Source of the DNA: Scyliorhinus canicula
Taxonomy: Eukaryota
DNA length: 64,000 nt
Direction of reading: 5' to 3'
Assembly (NCBI RefSeq): GCF_902713615.1
Contig: NC_052160.1
Location: 35,145,202-35,209,201 of the forward strand
Below, piece after piece: positions 26,160-38,558 of this stretch. Position 1 is the stretch's first letter. Each line of letters starts with the position of its first letter. The position numbers were made by a program, and so were the translations under genes. The notes beneath the pieces are model-generated. The model ran no database searches. It was not told the origin of the DNA and saw only the letters and a program-made list of their open reading frames with translations.

Positions 26160-27446
26160 ATAGTTTGAGAAGAAGCATTGTCTTGAAGCTGAAGTGATGT
26201 GCGTAATTAGCTCAAAGCCAATGGACTAGTTCTTATTTCATTATTGAGAAGTTATAGGCCAATAGGCTATGTTTAAACAATTGGTTCAGGTGGGCTTTCA
26301 ATTTGTAAGGCATAAAAAAAAAGGAGTCTTGAGATGCCATTTTGGGTAAGGACGGGCAGCGACAAAGAGAGGTTAGAGGCACACAGACAGACAAAGAAAG
26401 ATAAAGAGGGAGAGGTGACGAGAGATGTAAAGATAAAGGCGTGGGTAGCGAGGGGGAGAGAGATGTTTATGAGAGGCAGAGAAGAAGAGAGGTGGTAAGA
26501 GAGTGATGCTTATTGAGAGGTGCTGCGAGCTGCTTTCGATGTTGTCACTTCACGACTTTGCCTGAGAAGGGTGGTGAAAAGTCTGTTCAATTGTCAAAGT
26601 TAAGCTTTCTCCTCTCACTGTTAATTACTGCTAATTGCTGTTAAGTGATACTTTGCTTTTTATCTTTGACTTGTTACCTTTTTAATGGTTAATAAACTTT
26701 CTGAATTCATCATTTCAAGTGTTCTTTTTGCCATATGGTTAAGTCTCTCGAACCTCACGTGATTTACAATTGTGGCGTTATTGCAAACAAGTGAACCCAG
26801 TAAATCTTAGTTCATATAAGTTAAAACACGTATATGGTATATCTAAGGAATAATTAAAAGCATATTGCATATTTATTTGCGTATTGAGACAATGTATTAA
26901 TTGTCTACAAAGAAGGCTATATCACCACCAGAGCACAATAATAAAGGGCCCATACACTGAGAATGGACACTTGGATGCAACACGTTATATTAAACGTCTA
27001 TCCGTCCCCAGAGATGTTTGGGTAGATTTTAAACATGTGTTGCGGATTGGCTATCTGTTATAGAAACAGCACCATTTTCATTTCAATTGATTTCCATTGA
27101 AATGTGTCCATTAGTTTAATGCAGGCATTAACCTGTTTATATTAAGTGTGCTAATGTTTCCATTAAGGTATTAGACTCGCATATAAACTATTAAGCTTCT
27201 GTCTATCATTACTGGCTGAAGCAATGTTGAGGATATTTTTTTTTCTGTTCCTCCAGGTCAACTGATGCACCATAACTTTATGTCTAACCACTGATATGCT
27301 TTTTAGTATTCACTCCTGTAATCAGGCTAATTACCTGAGGGGTGTACCCATGATTTAACAATTTGATAACATAACTCAAGAGTATAACAATAATCCATCA
27401 TTGTGATCTGAACCAGATTTGTGTGTTTTTCTTACATGTTTCCACA

Positions 27447-27779
27447 GGCTAATTTCCCCAAAATTCGTCAGAGTTTCAGGGTCTGACTGAAAACCGGTAT
27501 GTTTCTCTCCAGAAACACGACTAAATTTTCAGAACAGATTTTCTGGCACTTGGTGCACAGAAACTCTGGGGGTGTGGTTTGTGCCATCACTCTGGCAGGG
27601 CGGGGCCTGTTGAGCTGGCAAGGTCGGCTCCACAGAGGTGGTGGCACCACCTTAAAAGAGCATTTCGATCTACGTTTAAAACAAGTTCTCCCAACACTCT
27701 GAGCAGACAGGGAGGACCACCCTGACAAGCATCGGGGCAACGCCCCCACCACAGACGTATCAAGGACACTCCCCCCCCC

Positions 27780-27825
<46 letters not shown>

Positions 27826-28695
27826 ACCCCACCACCACACCAGTATCACAAACACCTCTTCCCCTAAATAATAATAATCTTTATAGTCACAAGCAGGCTT
27901 ACATTAACACTGCAATGGAGATACTGTGAAAAGCCCCTAGTTGCCACACTCCGGCACCTGTTCGGATACACCAAGGGAAAATTCAGAATGTCCAAATTAC
28001 CTAATCGCACGTCTTTCGGGACTTGTGGGAGGAAAACGGAGCACCCGGAGGAAACCCACGCAGACACAGGGAGAATGCCCAGCCTCCACACAGACAGTGA
28101 CCCAAGCCGGGAATCGAACCTGAGACCCTGCGCTGTGAAGCAACAGTGCTAACCACTGTGCTACCATGCTGCTCGCATGGCCATGCCCCATCCCTCTCCC
28201 AGGCATCAGGTCTCTCGCCACACATTAAGTGAACATGGAGGTGGGTTACCCCCTGACAGATCCCCCTTCATGCGCCCCCATGGCATTTCCCCCTTGGCAC
28301 TGCCTCCTGGCAGTGGCACTGCAATGGTGCCAGGTGGCAATGCCCAGTCTTGTCCTTTAGCCCCAGGATCTCCAGGAATATCTGCACCGCCGACATGTTC
28401 ACCAGAACTGGTTTTCACTTTTGAAAACCAGTAGTGATTGATGCCGTCATGATGTCTGGGCGCTGGTCGGGAGGATAGGTTGTGGGCGAAGGCACAGCCC
28501 TTTGAACAGTTAAGTTCATAGAAACCAGGTTCACGCCCCTTCTCGGTGTGAACCTGATCACGTCACTGGTAGGGGGGATGGGAAAGATCACAAACTGAGA
28601 TATCACCGGCGCAAATCCACTTTTGGGCGCTCGTAAGATTTAGCGACCATAATGTGATTTGCACCTGTGGCGAATGGGACCGCCAAATCTCACCC
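27447..28695. mobile_element. Harbinger-like non-autonomous element containing a SINE and a long poly-C tract
   Basis: Termini GGCTAATTTCCCC / CCAAATCTCACCC, flanks ACA/ATA, and a GGCAnTGCC array at ~28290-28350. Confidence 0.6.
27866..28172 (-). mobile_element. HE1/V-SINE-like SINE (ATT-tail variant)
   Basis: Closely similar to 10381-10686. Confidence 0.93.
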
Positions 28696-29236
28696 ATATC
28701 TGCCTCCTCGATACGTTTGAAAGGTGAATTTCAAAACAGCTGGTGAGGAGAGACTAGATATTATTGTTAGCTGCTTTATTTCACAGCAGCTAAAGATATA
28801 GAGCAACAGTGAATATCAGATTCAACTGTGCGTAGCTTGTATAATAAAACTAAATAATGAACATTATCCTCTCCCACACTTTGCTTGATTTAAGCAGAAT
28901 GACTCCAGCTTCTCTTTTGCACTTTAAGCTTCACATGTTTTGAGAAATATTTATGAAGGCTTTTACAGATTTCCGTTTGAAAGTGGGTGGGGTGAAATTG
29001 GATAGCTACTGAAAATGGGTATGGGGATCAGGTTGTGGGATTAACCCATGCCTGTTGACTGAAATGCAGGCAGAAAGCCAACTTCATGCTGCCTGCGTGT
29101 TAAAATGATTGCTGCATACAGCGCTTTTAATTGACTGGATGCATATGCAGGGGGACAAAAATCGCAACCTCCTAGCACCTATTAAATCTAATTTACACAG
29201 CTTAAGGCTAGCTCTTTAGACGTACATTGTGGATAT

Positions 29237-29460
29237 TAAAGGTAAAGTCGCCGTAGTCCGAGATGACCGTAGGCTGCTTCCCCTTTGAGGGGGGAGAGCT
29301 GACTGGTGGTGATTTAACCTGAGGGTCACCACACCTCAGGCAAGGGGCAAGGGACAGAAGGCAGGGCCCATCATGAATAACCTCAGCCGGTACAGGAATT
29401 GAACCCACCTTGCTGGCCTGGCTCTGCATCACGAACCAGCTGTCTAGCCAAGTAAGCTAA
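29237..29460 (-). mobile_element. tRNA-derived SINE with an RTE-like tail
   Basis: Minus-strand head TTAGCTTACTTGGCTAGACAGCTGG...GGGTTCAATTCC and tail GGTCATCTCGGACTACGGCGACTTTACCTTT. The head is related to 33385-33562. Confidence 0.78.
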
Positions 29461-29519
29461 AATTGTAGATGCAGGAGCTGCTGGGAATGTGAAACATTAA
29501 TAAATGACACAACATGGGA

Positions 29520-30060
29520 GAAAGTTGATTCAAAGGTTTTGAGTGCTGCACTAGAGGCCACGGAGGGGAAAGTCGGACATCAGAAAGGTGCCCTATATCC
29601 ACAACAGGCCAGGAGGCTCTGCAGACACTTCCTTTAAAGGCAATGGGAACAGACTTGCAGTCAATGCAAGCACTCCAGCCCCGAGGACATGGAAACAGCA
29701 CCACAGGAAGTGTAATGACCTCAAACCAGTAACCAAATGCCATAACTGACCAACTGCACCACTAACACCAGGCACTGCTCAATGCATCACATCCCCATCA
29801 CTCATCTACCAACAATTTCCATCAATTAACCCTTGTACCTAACATTCATTTGCTCCATCGCACCCTCACACAGTTAGAACTGCTGCAAGCCTGCACCCAT
29901 GTCTCACAGAATGCACGCACTGCCAGCTATTCACCCACGGCAGCCACATCAGCCAATCAGATTGCAATAATGCTCACTGACACATTGCCCTCTCTCTTGC
30001 AGGAGAAGGTCACACACACCCAGAACCAGCCTGAGCTAAATTGAGTGGGAAAGGTGAATC
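29520..30060 (+). pseudogene. Decayed Harbinger Myb/SANT-like DNA-binding gene (two exons)
   Basis: AALEA...RQWEQ...AVNASTPAPRTWKQHHRKCNDL, then acceptor CTCTCTCTTGCAG and exon 2 EKVTH at 30003. Confidence 0.7.
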
Positions 30061-31914
30061 TCCGTGTCATAATACCCATTTCATGCAATTTCCCAAGAGC
30101 AGCCTTCAGTTCTGGACATGGTGCTGGTTAAAATTGGAAGAGTCCATGTCCAACACGGGGCTGAATCAGTTGAAGATGACAGAATCCTCATTCCGATCCG
30201 CCTTCTCACATCTCACTTCCTCTTTTCACCATACTCACTTCTGAATTACAAACTACAGATAGTGAAAACCTCCTTACTGCTTCTGCACCCCCCACAACCC
30301 TCCCAGAACAGTCAAATGGAAAAATAAGAATAACGGTCCAAACTGTTTTTTTCTTTCTGGGCTATGCATCTGCCTTTCTCCTTTCAACCTGGACAGATAG
30401 TGATCAAGCAACAAGAAGACAATGATGCTAAATCCACACCATCATGCGATTTCCCACAAGCAGCCATTAGTTCAGGCACTGACACTGCACCTAATTTCGA
30501 GGACAGTAAAGAGAGCATCCGCATTTCTTGAGACATGGGCCGGAACATTCTGGACATTCACGCTGGCAGGATCCTACTGTCTGCCAGCAACACCTCTTCG
30601 CCACAGATTTCTAGGCAACGAGCGGTGTATTCAATGGGAAACACCATTGACAATGCTATCACGAGAAGATCACGCCACTGGTCAAGGGCGGGCCACCTCC
30701 CGCCGTAAAGATACACATGACGCTTTGTGCAATCAATCCCACTCATGGTCTATCCTGAGTTCTTCAGCAAAGGACACAAATGAGGATCTTTATTGGTGGG
30801 GGGGGGGGGGGGGGGATGGAGGAGGTAGACTGCTGGGTACACACACTGAAATTCTCAGTGCATCCAGAATTCTTGAAATCAATGTCAAGGAGCATGGAAG
30901 TGTCCACCACCAACCTGGCACAGGGCTTTGCATTGAGTTTGGCACCCCAAACCTTCCAACATTGAAGTAAGCTTCAATGAAGTTGAACTCAATTAGCACA
31001 TTGGTAACCTAACCATCGGACAGCATCTAATGGCTAATATCTCAGTTTCCATTAAACGTCTGGATATTAAAATGGAAGCTCAGACTGAAGTCATGCAAGA
31101 TCAGCTTGTTGCCATTCAAGCTTCGACTGTTGCTATTGTGATTATGGATATAGGTGTACAAAGGGGCTTGCAGCAGTACAACAATTTATCCTCTAATAGA
31201 TTACCATCCTCAGGAAAATAGAAGAAGGATCTCTCGGCATCTACCGACCCTGCTGTCTTTCGTTGCGCAAGGCGGCAGGTAGATTGCACCCTTTATATTT
31301 GACTGCAATGTCACAAAACTTCATTTTCCATTTGGTTTGGCTCATTTATTTAGTGGTGGGATTTATTTTTTGCATTATGGTCAAGGCAATGGTGTGACAG
31401 TCAGTGACAGAGGCACTGCTGGTGAATGCATATTTGAGATTGTGGTTAGTGGCATCTCATTTGAAATAGTTCTTCACTTACAGCCAGGGAAGAAATGGAA
31501 TGTATCAGTTGCCATTTCTCCCTCTCTCCCTCTCCTCCATCTTCCTTTGCTTCTCCTGCTCTGTGTGACCTCTGCTCATTCTCATAGTCGTTCTCTATTT
31601 TAAGGAAATGCTCTGTTACAGTGAACCCCGTCAGGCAGGAACTGGTTGTTGCAGAAATCTTGAAGTCAGGTAAGGTTATTCAGCACTTGTCACAATAATT
31701 TTTATGGGCCTCTGAAACTTTAGACAACTATGGAAAGCACCCAAACGCTTCCTGTGTAAGGCAACAGCGGGGAAAAAATCGAGACGTTGGTGAAAATCCC
31801 TTAAAATAGCCTTGCTGTGTGGAGTTTCTTGCTGTTTAACACAAGTGCTGCCATGCAAAGTGAAGAGAAGGTTAAGTACTGGAAGGTTGCTCGTCAAAAT
31901 GAGAGCATTTTTAA

Positions 31915-32205
31915 AAAATTCACTGACAGGATGTGGGCATCGCTGGTTAGGCCAGCATTTATTGCTCATCCCTAGTTGCCCTTCAGAAGTGGTGGTGAGC
32001 TGCCTTCTTGAACCACGTCAGTCCCTGTAGTGCAGGTACACCCACTGTGCTGTTGGGGAGGGAGCTCCAGCATCTTGTCCCAGAGACAGTGAAGGAACGA
32101 CGATATATTTTTAAGTCAGGGTAATGAGTGCCTTGGAGGGGAACCTCCATGTCCAGGTATCTGCTGCTCTTGTCCTTCTAGGTGGTAGCGGTCATGAGTT
32201 TGTAA
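31915..32205 (-). mobile_element. LINE 3' end (L2/CR1 group), putative partner of the MetaSINE-like SINE
   Basis: Minus strand ends ...GGCAGCTCACCACCAC...GGGCAACTAGGGATGAGCAATAAATGCTGGCCTAACCAGCGATGCCCACATCC, the same tail as the SINEs at 16870 and 32219. Confidence 0.82.
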
Positions 32206-32218
32206 GTTGATTTCATTG

Positions 32219-32575
32219 AGGGAGATGGAAGTGCAATGATATTGTCATTGGACTGGCTCAGGGGACGAGGCGAATGTTCAAATCCCACCATGACAGCTTA
32301 TAGAATTTAAATTCAGTTAACAAATCTGCAATGGAAAACTAGTCTCAGTAATGGTGACCATGACAACTATCCCTGATTGCTGGAAAAACCCATCTACATC
32401 ACCAACGTTATCTCAGTCTGGGATAAATGTGAGTCTAGATCCACACCAATGTGGTTGACTTTTAACTGGACTCGGAAATTGTTGAGCGAGCCACTTAAAT
32501 CAAGGACAATTAGGGATGGGCAGCAACTGTTGGACTAACCAGTGATGCCCGTAACCCATGAATGAATAAAGAAAA
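32219..32575 (+). mobile_element. SlmI/MetaSINE-like SINE
   Basis: GTTCAAATCCCACCATG, GTCTCAGTAATGGTGACCATGA, AATGTGGTTGACT, and tail AATTAGGGATGGGCA...CCCATGAATGAATAAA. Confidence 0.82.
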
Positions 32576-32761
32576 CAATTGTTGCCTGCCCTCGATACTT
32601 TTGGCAGATCTTAGTTGTGCACGCGCACTTACGTCTCCAATATGCTCCTGTGCTAGCCATGGCAAAAGTGTGCACACATATAGTGGATGCCATGTGTAGC
32701 TCCAAATGATACTGGTACCATCTAAACAACAAGCACCACCAAACCCAATTTTGCACGCAAT

Positions 32762-32948
32762 TGGTGAATTCTCTGCTGGCGGGAATCTCCGTTTTGCTCG
32801 CAGCACACTCCCACCCTGGGGTTTCCCTGCGGCATGGGGTGGCCACAATGGGAAATCCCATTGGCCAGCGTTGGGTGCTGAGAATCCCACTGCTGGAGAC
32901 GGCGCACTGCAGAGGAAATCGCGGCTGGGGAGGCGGAAAATCCACCCC
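32762..32948. mobile_element. Family A MITE
   Basis: TGGTGAATTCTC / GAAAATCCACCCC termini, AAT on both flanks and central CAATGGGAAATCCCATTG. Confidence 0.82.
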
Positions 32949-32977
32949 AATTTTACTATCCTTTATGTCAAGAACAT

Positions 32978-33291
32978 GGGGCGGCACAGTGGCGCAACAG
33001 TTAGCACTGCTGCCTCACAGCGCCAGGGACCCAGGTTCAATTCCCACCTTGGGTGACTGCTTGTGAGGAGTTTGCACATTCTCCCGTGTCTGCGTGGGTT
33101 TCCTCAGGGTGCTCCGGTTTCCTCCCACAGTCCAAAGATATGCAGGTTAGGTGAAGTGGCCATGATCAATGCACAGGATTATGGGATAGGCATGGGAGTG
33201 GGTCCAGGTAGAGTGCTCTTTTGGAGGGTCGGTGCAGACTGGATTGGCCGAATGGCCTCCTTCTGCACTGTAGAACTGCTGTGGATTCTAT
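32978..33291 (+). mobile_element. HE1 SINE (CR1-tail type)
   Basis: GGGGCGGCACAGTGGCGCAACAGTTAGC head, V-domain and GGCCGAATGGCCTCCTTCTGCACTGTA tail. Confidence 0.93.
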
Positions 33292-33384
33292 AAACAAAGG
33301 ATGCAAGAATAGCTAATTACCACATCAAACCTGTTCTTTCCAAATACAATATCTAAGGTACATTATCATGGACTCACCACTATG

Positions 33385-33562
33385 GGGGCTGGTTTAGCTC
33401 AATCGGCTAAATCGCTGGCTTTTAAAGCAGACCAAGCAGGCCAGCAGCACGGTTCGATTCCCATACCAGCCTCCCTGGACAGGCGCCGGAATGTGGCGAC
33501 TAGGGGCTTTTCACAGTAACTTCATTGAAGCCTACTCGTGACAATAAGCGATTTTCATTTTT
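33385..33562 (+). mobile_element. Short tRNA-derived SINE sharing its tail with the ATT-tail V-SINE
   Basis: Head GGGGCTGGTTTAGCTCAATCGG...GGTTCGATTCCC joined to CAGGCGCCGGAATGTGGCGACTAGGGGCTTTTCACAGTAACTTCATTG...GTGACAATAA. Confidence 0.85.
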
Positions 33563-34144
33563 TAATTTAGCCCCGAAGATACCAATCATATTTTCCATAT
33601 TTTGTCCAAATCATCAGAATTCCTAAACAGCATATATAACTGACGATGTAAAAATATTGCCATCAATTTGGAATGATCTCACGCTAAATTCTAAAACAGC
33701 TGAACTTGCTTCAGTGCATTGCCTAGTAGCTCCAAATCTTTTGGTTGTTTATGCAGATCAATGGGAAACCATAAATTAAAGACGCAAATGTCATCCTAAA
33801 TTGGATGAGTGGTGACTCACTATTTTCCACATTATCCTCTCTGTCCCACCTCCTTCCTACTCTGTTTGCGAAAGCCTGCCAGTGTCATGTCTTAGTAAAT
33901 TCGTTGTGTAGGTGAGCAGGTTGTGTATAATGAGCAACAGCTATAGATTGCTTGCAGCACAGAAAGAGACCATTTGGCCCATTAAGTCTGTACCATCTTT
34001 CTGCAAGAGCTACACAGCTCGTCCCATACCCCTACCCCATCCCTATGACCGTGCATTTTTTCTCTTCAGATAATTGTCTAGTTCCCTTAAATGAGAACAA
34101 CCTTTTACCCACTTTGTTGAAGATCAGAAAATAACAACGATAAT

Positions 34145-35773
34145 GGGGCGATTTTTCAGCCGTGCTGCACCCAGTGCAAATTGCGCTGTCTGGAAAATAC
34201 TTAGTGAGCCCTGAAACGGGATTTGCGCCAGGCGCCATACAGTTTGTGATGTTTCTGGGCACTCCCAGCAAAGGTACCCTGGTTTACTCCCTCATTGGGC
34301 ATGAACCAGATTATTTAAATCCTCATTTCAATTCGCAGGGCCTGTTTTTGAGCAGGATTCTCCTGGCTTCTGCAATTCTCCCCCAGGATGAAGCGGGCGT
34401 GAATCACTACTGGTCTCCATTGGAGTCCTGGTGTGGCCAGGGTGGCACTGCCAGGTTGGTACTGCGAGGGTGCCAATGGGCAGCGCCAATGAGTGGGCCT
34501 GAAGGGGTTGGTGCCTGAAGGGACATGAGGGAAGGGCATGGGGGAGGGAAGTTGGCAATTCCAGTGGGGTGTTGCTCACCTGGAAAGTGGGGCACAGTTA
34601 CTGGTGATCGGGTAGGGTCTGTCTCGTTACTCTGAGGAGTCGAATCTGCGGCCATGTTTAGGCCCCACCCCTCTCAATGCTACTGCAAAACGCTTCCCCC
34701 AAAAAAGAAGACGATATGAGAGAAGATCGCAATGAGTATTGTGCCGGAACAATCGGAGTGACGCACATCAATTATTTGATGTGCGTTAAATTACACTCAA
34801 GGCGTGATTATCCCAAAATATTTCTAATTTAATTTGTGGTGGGTTTTTCAGGGAGCTTCCCACTGCTATTCAATGACACTTAGTCACTGTTTTGGGCCCT
34901 GGGGAGTTTTTCACCGGTTTAGCTCACAGTTAGAATGCGTTTTAGCACTGGGGAGCCACCATTTTGAAAGGGTGCCATGATCTCTCAGTGAGCTTGTGGG
35001 TTCTCCACACCCCCACCCATTGGCAATGTCACTCCACACACACATGGATACTATCCCACACCCCACTATGGGATCCCTGGGCGTCCCCTCTCTTCAGGCC
35101 CACCCAAGCCCCCTTACAGCACCCCCTCCCTTCTAGGGCCCCACCCATCACCCACCCAACCTCCCAGAGGCTCCTACTTACCTGCCCTTCAAATCCCCTC
35201 CCGCCACCCTCATCTCATGGGCATGCCCACCCCCTCCTCCGGCCCTTTGCAGTGCCACCCCAGCACTCAGGCACCCTTGCACTGCCACTCTGGCACCCAG
35301 GCAGTGCTCCTGTCAGGGTGTCAGTGCCAAGTTACCAGCTGGGTAGTGCCAAGGCCTGCATTCCAGGGGGAGGGCCAGTGAGCTAACCTGCACTTACCCT
35401 GACAACCCTATGGCTCCCTGGCCCAGGACGACCCCGCGGGTGCCGTTTTGCATGGTCCACAGTTGTTTGGATAGGCGCCCGGGTGCAGCCTCCCTGGGGA
35501 GGCTATAGAATCGAGGGAGGCTGTGGATCCCGTGCAGGTAGGTATTAAGTAGGTTTAGGAGCTACTTCCGTGAGCATCATTCGGTCCTGCCCAGTTGGGG
35601 TGGGGTTCCGACTCAGACTCTCACGGGACGTCAGTGAATCCCGAGAGGCATGGATTCTGTCAGGAGGCTGCTGCAATCCTCTGCTGGCATTCTCCGGCCA
35701 TGTTGCGCTCAAGCAAGAGCACAAAGCAGCCAGAGACTCGCACCCTTAGTCACTTCTTGGGGAAATTCCGCCC
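34145..35773. mobile_element. Harbinger-like non-autonomous element hosting a nested family C copy
   Basis: AAT on both flanks (34142-34144, 35774-35776). Termini GGGGCGATTTTTC / GGGAAATTCCGCCC. Confidence 0.75.
34800..35745. mobile_element. Family C Harbinger MITE (nested)
   Basis: Colinear with 7539-8575 from end to end. Flanks TCA/TTA. Confidence 0.85.
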
Positions 35774-37049
35774 AATATAAAGATCAGGGTCTAAATTCTC
35801 CGCCACGAGACGCCGCAAACGTGAACAGGGATCGAGCGGAGAATTGAACATCCCACCAAAAGCAAGGTCCCCGTCCGGTGCCGAATCGGGCGCCATGCTC
35901 CACTCCCTATCTGGTGCCGATAACGAGGTTTGCACCCCACACCGGCGGTGGCATCTAAAACCGGCATTTGCATTCATTTAAATGTGAAAAAAGCGCGATT
36001 GACCCACTCTGATGTCCGCCTCCGCAACCCACTCTGCTCTGCGTCTCCTCTCAAGCGGAAGTCATACGTGCAAATTCACCACAGGTATTTACAAGCGGGG
36101 ACTGGGCACCATGGCTGTTGAGGGGATGAGAGAAGGTAAGCAAAGTTTGAAAAACTTAGAAATTGTAACGCTTGCTGGGGGTAGCTGCCAGGACCGGGGT
36201 GAGTAACCGGGAGTGACTTGGAGAGAGCTCCACAGATTCGGGGTGGCCAGGCTCAGGCTCCCATTGCTGCAGTGGTTGTTTTGAACGCACCCATTTGGTT
36301 CAAGGTCCAGGCCCCTGGCTGCTCACTCAGCTGACTGCTCACGATGTCCTGTAAACACTTAGGGAGTCTCTGGTTATTTAGGAGCCCACCCAGTCCACCC
36401 TTCTGGAAACCCCCAGGCTCCAGATTAATCATTAACTGGATGGATGTGCACAAGCTCAATCAGTGGAATACCAGGTACTGCCACTCAGTGCACTTATAGG
36501 AAATGCTGCCCCACTGCAGGGCAAGCAGGGGGATAGCAGAGCCCACCCCAAACAAAGAACACATGCACCGTTGCCTTTGGTACATTCCCTGGCACACTGC
36601 TCCACTCAGGGCACAGGCCTCACTAGCAACAGTATCAGCGAGCCCACTCCGCAGGATCACCAGCTGACTCCAAGCCCTGTCTGCCCACTATGCCCCTACT
36701 CCCATCCATCCTACCACAGCCTGTGTGTCACACCCAGGACCCACATCACCCTGCAGTTACACTCCCAGCAGACCCACACTCCCATGCCTTGCCCCCATCT
36801 GTAGGACCTGCCCACACACAAGCCTCTAAGCATGGAGGTGAGTCACATAGGGGGGGTCTATAGTTAGTAGCATGTGTGTGCAAGGCACCTGGCCATGGAG
36901 GGCAATACAGGTATTGGGACGTGGTGCAGGGTGGGATGTGAGGGGGATACAGGCAGGTGGGTTTTGATTACCCTCCAAGGGAGTGGGGATGTGAGGAACG
37001 AGGGACAGGAGTGATTGCAGGGGAACAGAGATGGTGACGAACCCAAGCC

Positions 37050-37290
37050 GCCCTACGGTGGTCAATCATCTTCTTCCTGCACTGCGTGCCGGTCCGCCTG
37101 GTGATGCTGGCAGCACTGACTGTCTCGGCCACCCCGCCCAGGCCCAGTGGACGGTGGCGGGTTGGAGCCTCCTGCCCCCCCCCCCTCCCCCCCCCCCTGT
37201 GGAAGAGAGGGTCCCACCTCTCCCCCACTGCATCCCATATTTGAGCAAGATCAGTCTCAGTGAACCTCGGGTCAAGACTCCTTGGAGCTA
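37050..37290 (-). pseudogene. Harbinger Myb/SANT-like exon remnant
   Basis: VAETVSAASITRRTGTQCRKKMIDHRRAA matches the W..VA..V....RT..QCRKK..DL pattern of Myb/SANT-like domains. Confidence 0.8.
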
Positions 37291-37655
37291 TCTTCTTGGC
37301 TGGAATGAGAGTGAGTGGGGAGTGGAGTGCTTATAAACAGCTGCAGCTTGTCGAGATCTCCAGCACCAATTCCGGCCCCAGTGAATCCGATGCCAGCGGG
37401 AATGAGAATTGCTCTAGATTCACGTGGGCAGAGTGCTGGCCCATGAGCATGTCCTGAATTTCTCCACAAATAGCACCCCCAACGGAAACACAAGCCCCAA
37501 TTCAATGCCAGTGTCAACACTTAGAGCGCGGTTTTACTGCCCCGCAACACACTAAAGTCAGCTCGCAGTGATGCAGCCAGTGGCGTGCAGAGGGGGGGGC
37601 CGACGGTGCATTGGCCCCGGGCATCCATTGGATGGGGGCATCCAATCAGAGAAGG

Positions 37656-37927
37656 GAAAAAAAAATATATTAAAAAAAAAATTTAAAAAAAAAAAAAAAA
37701 TTTTTTTTTTTAAATTTAGATTACCCAATTATTTTTTTCAATTAAGGGGCAATTTAGCGTGGCCAATTCACCTACTCTGCACATTTTTTGGGTTGTGGGG
37801 GCGAAACCAACGCAGACACGGGGAGAATGTGCAAACTCCACACGGACATTGACCCAGAGCCGGGATCGAACCTGGGACCTCAGTTCCGTGAGGCGGTTGT
37901 GCTAACCACAAGGCCACCGTGCTGCCC
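37656..37927 (-). mobile_element. Short A/T-tailed V-SINE variant inserted in the hAT 5' region
   Basis: V-SINE head and core plus tail AATTGCCCCTTAATTG...GGGTAATCTAAATTTAAAA. CAGAGAAGG is duplicated at 37647-37655 and 37928-37936. Confidence 0.9.
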
Positions 37928-38558
37928 CAGAGAAGGAAATAAGATAGTAATTTTAAAATTTCAGCGGTGATAAATCAATTTTTGGAGGCTCACCACACTG
38001 CAGAGGCAGTTGTTAGCCCTTTATTCCTTTAACATGGTGTACCCTTTCTGTCTAGAGAAAATGGTCCTTCTCCCCATCCCCCCCACACGCATGCGCATGA
38101 TGTACGTGGTGCAACCATCAAAAGCAACAAGCAGACGTGGCTGTTCGTTCCTGCGTTTCCTCGAGTCATAACTCGTCTTTTCTTCAGCTTTTTGTGCATC
38201 TAGATTAGTTCTTTTACCTACTCAGGTCAGTGAATAGCTCTAGAACAGGTGCAACTACAGTTTTTATAGGTTTTTTGGCGCTATTTAATGAAATATTTAC
38301 GTGGGATGTAGTAAGAGTGAAGCCTGGATGATCAGAGGACTGCTATGGCATTTAATCTCGGAATAGGAGACATTTATTCCTTAACATGCTAATATTCGAA
38401 TACAGATACCACTAATTTGCAAGTCTATGATATAAATTGCACAAAATTATCAGTGGAGAATCAGTGTGAAATAATTTGATACGAAGGAACAAAGAAATGA
38501 AATATGGTTTATCCGTCTGCAACTGACCGATTGTTTACCATTTTCTTCCCATTTTCTC

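Noticed and set aside
30422-30970. 182-aa plus-strand ORF
   Set aside because: Lies in a decayed Harbinger-like region, crosses a poly-G run and has no domain.
33385-33470. tRNA-like sequence with A and B boxes
   Set aside because: It is a SINE head continuing into a LINE-type tail, with no convincing cloverleaf. The same applies to the other SINE heads.
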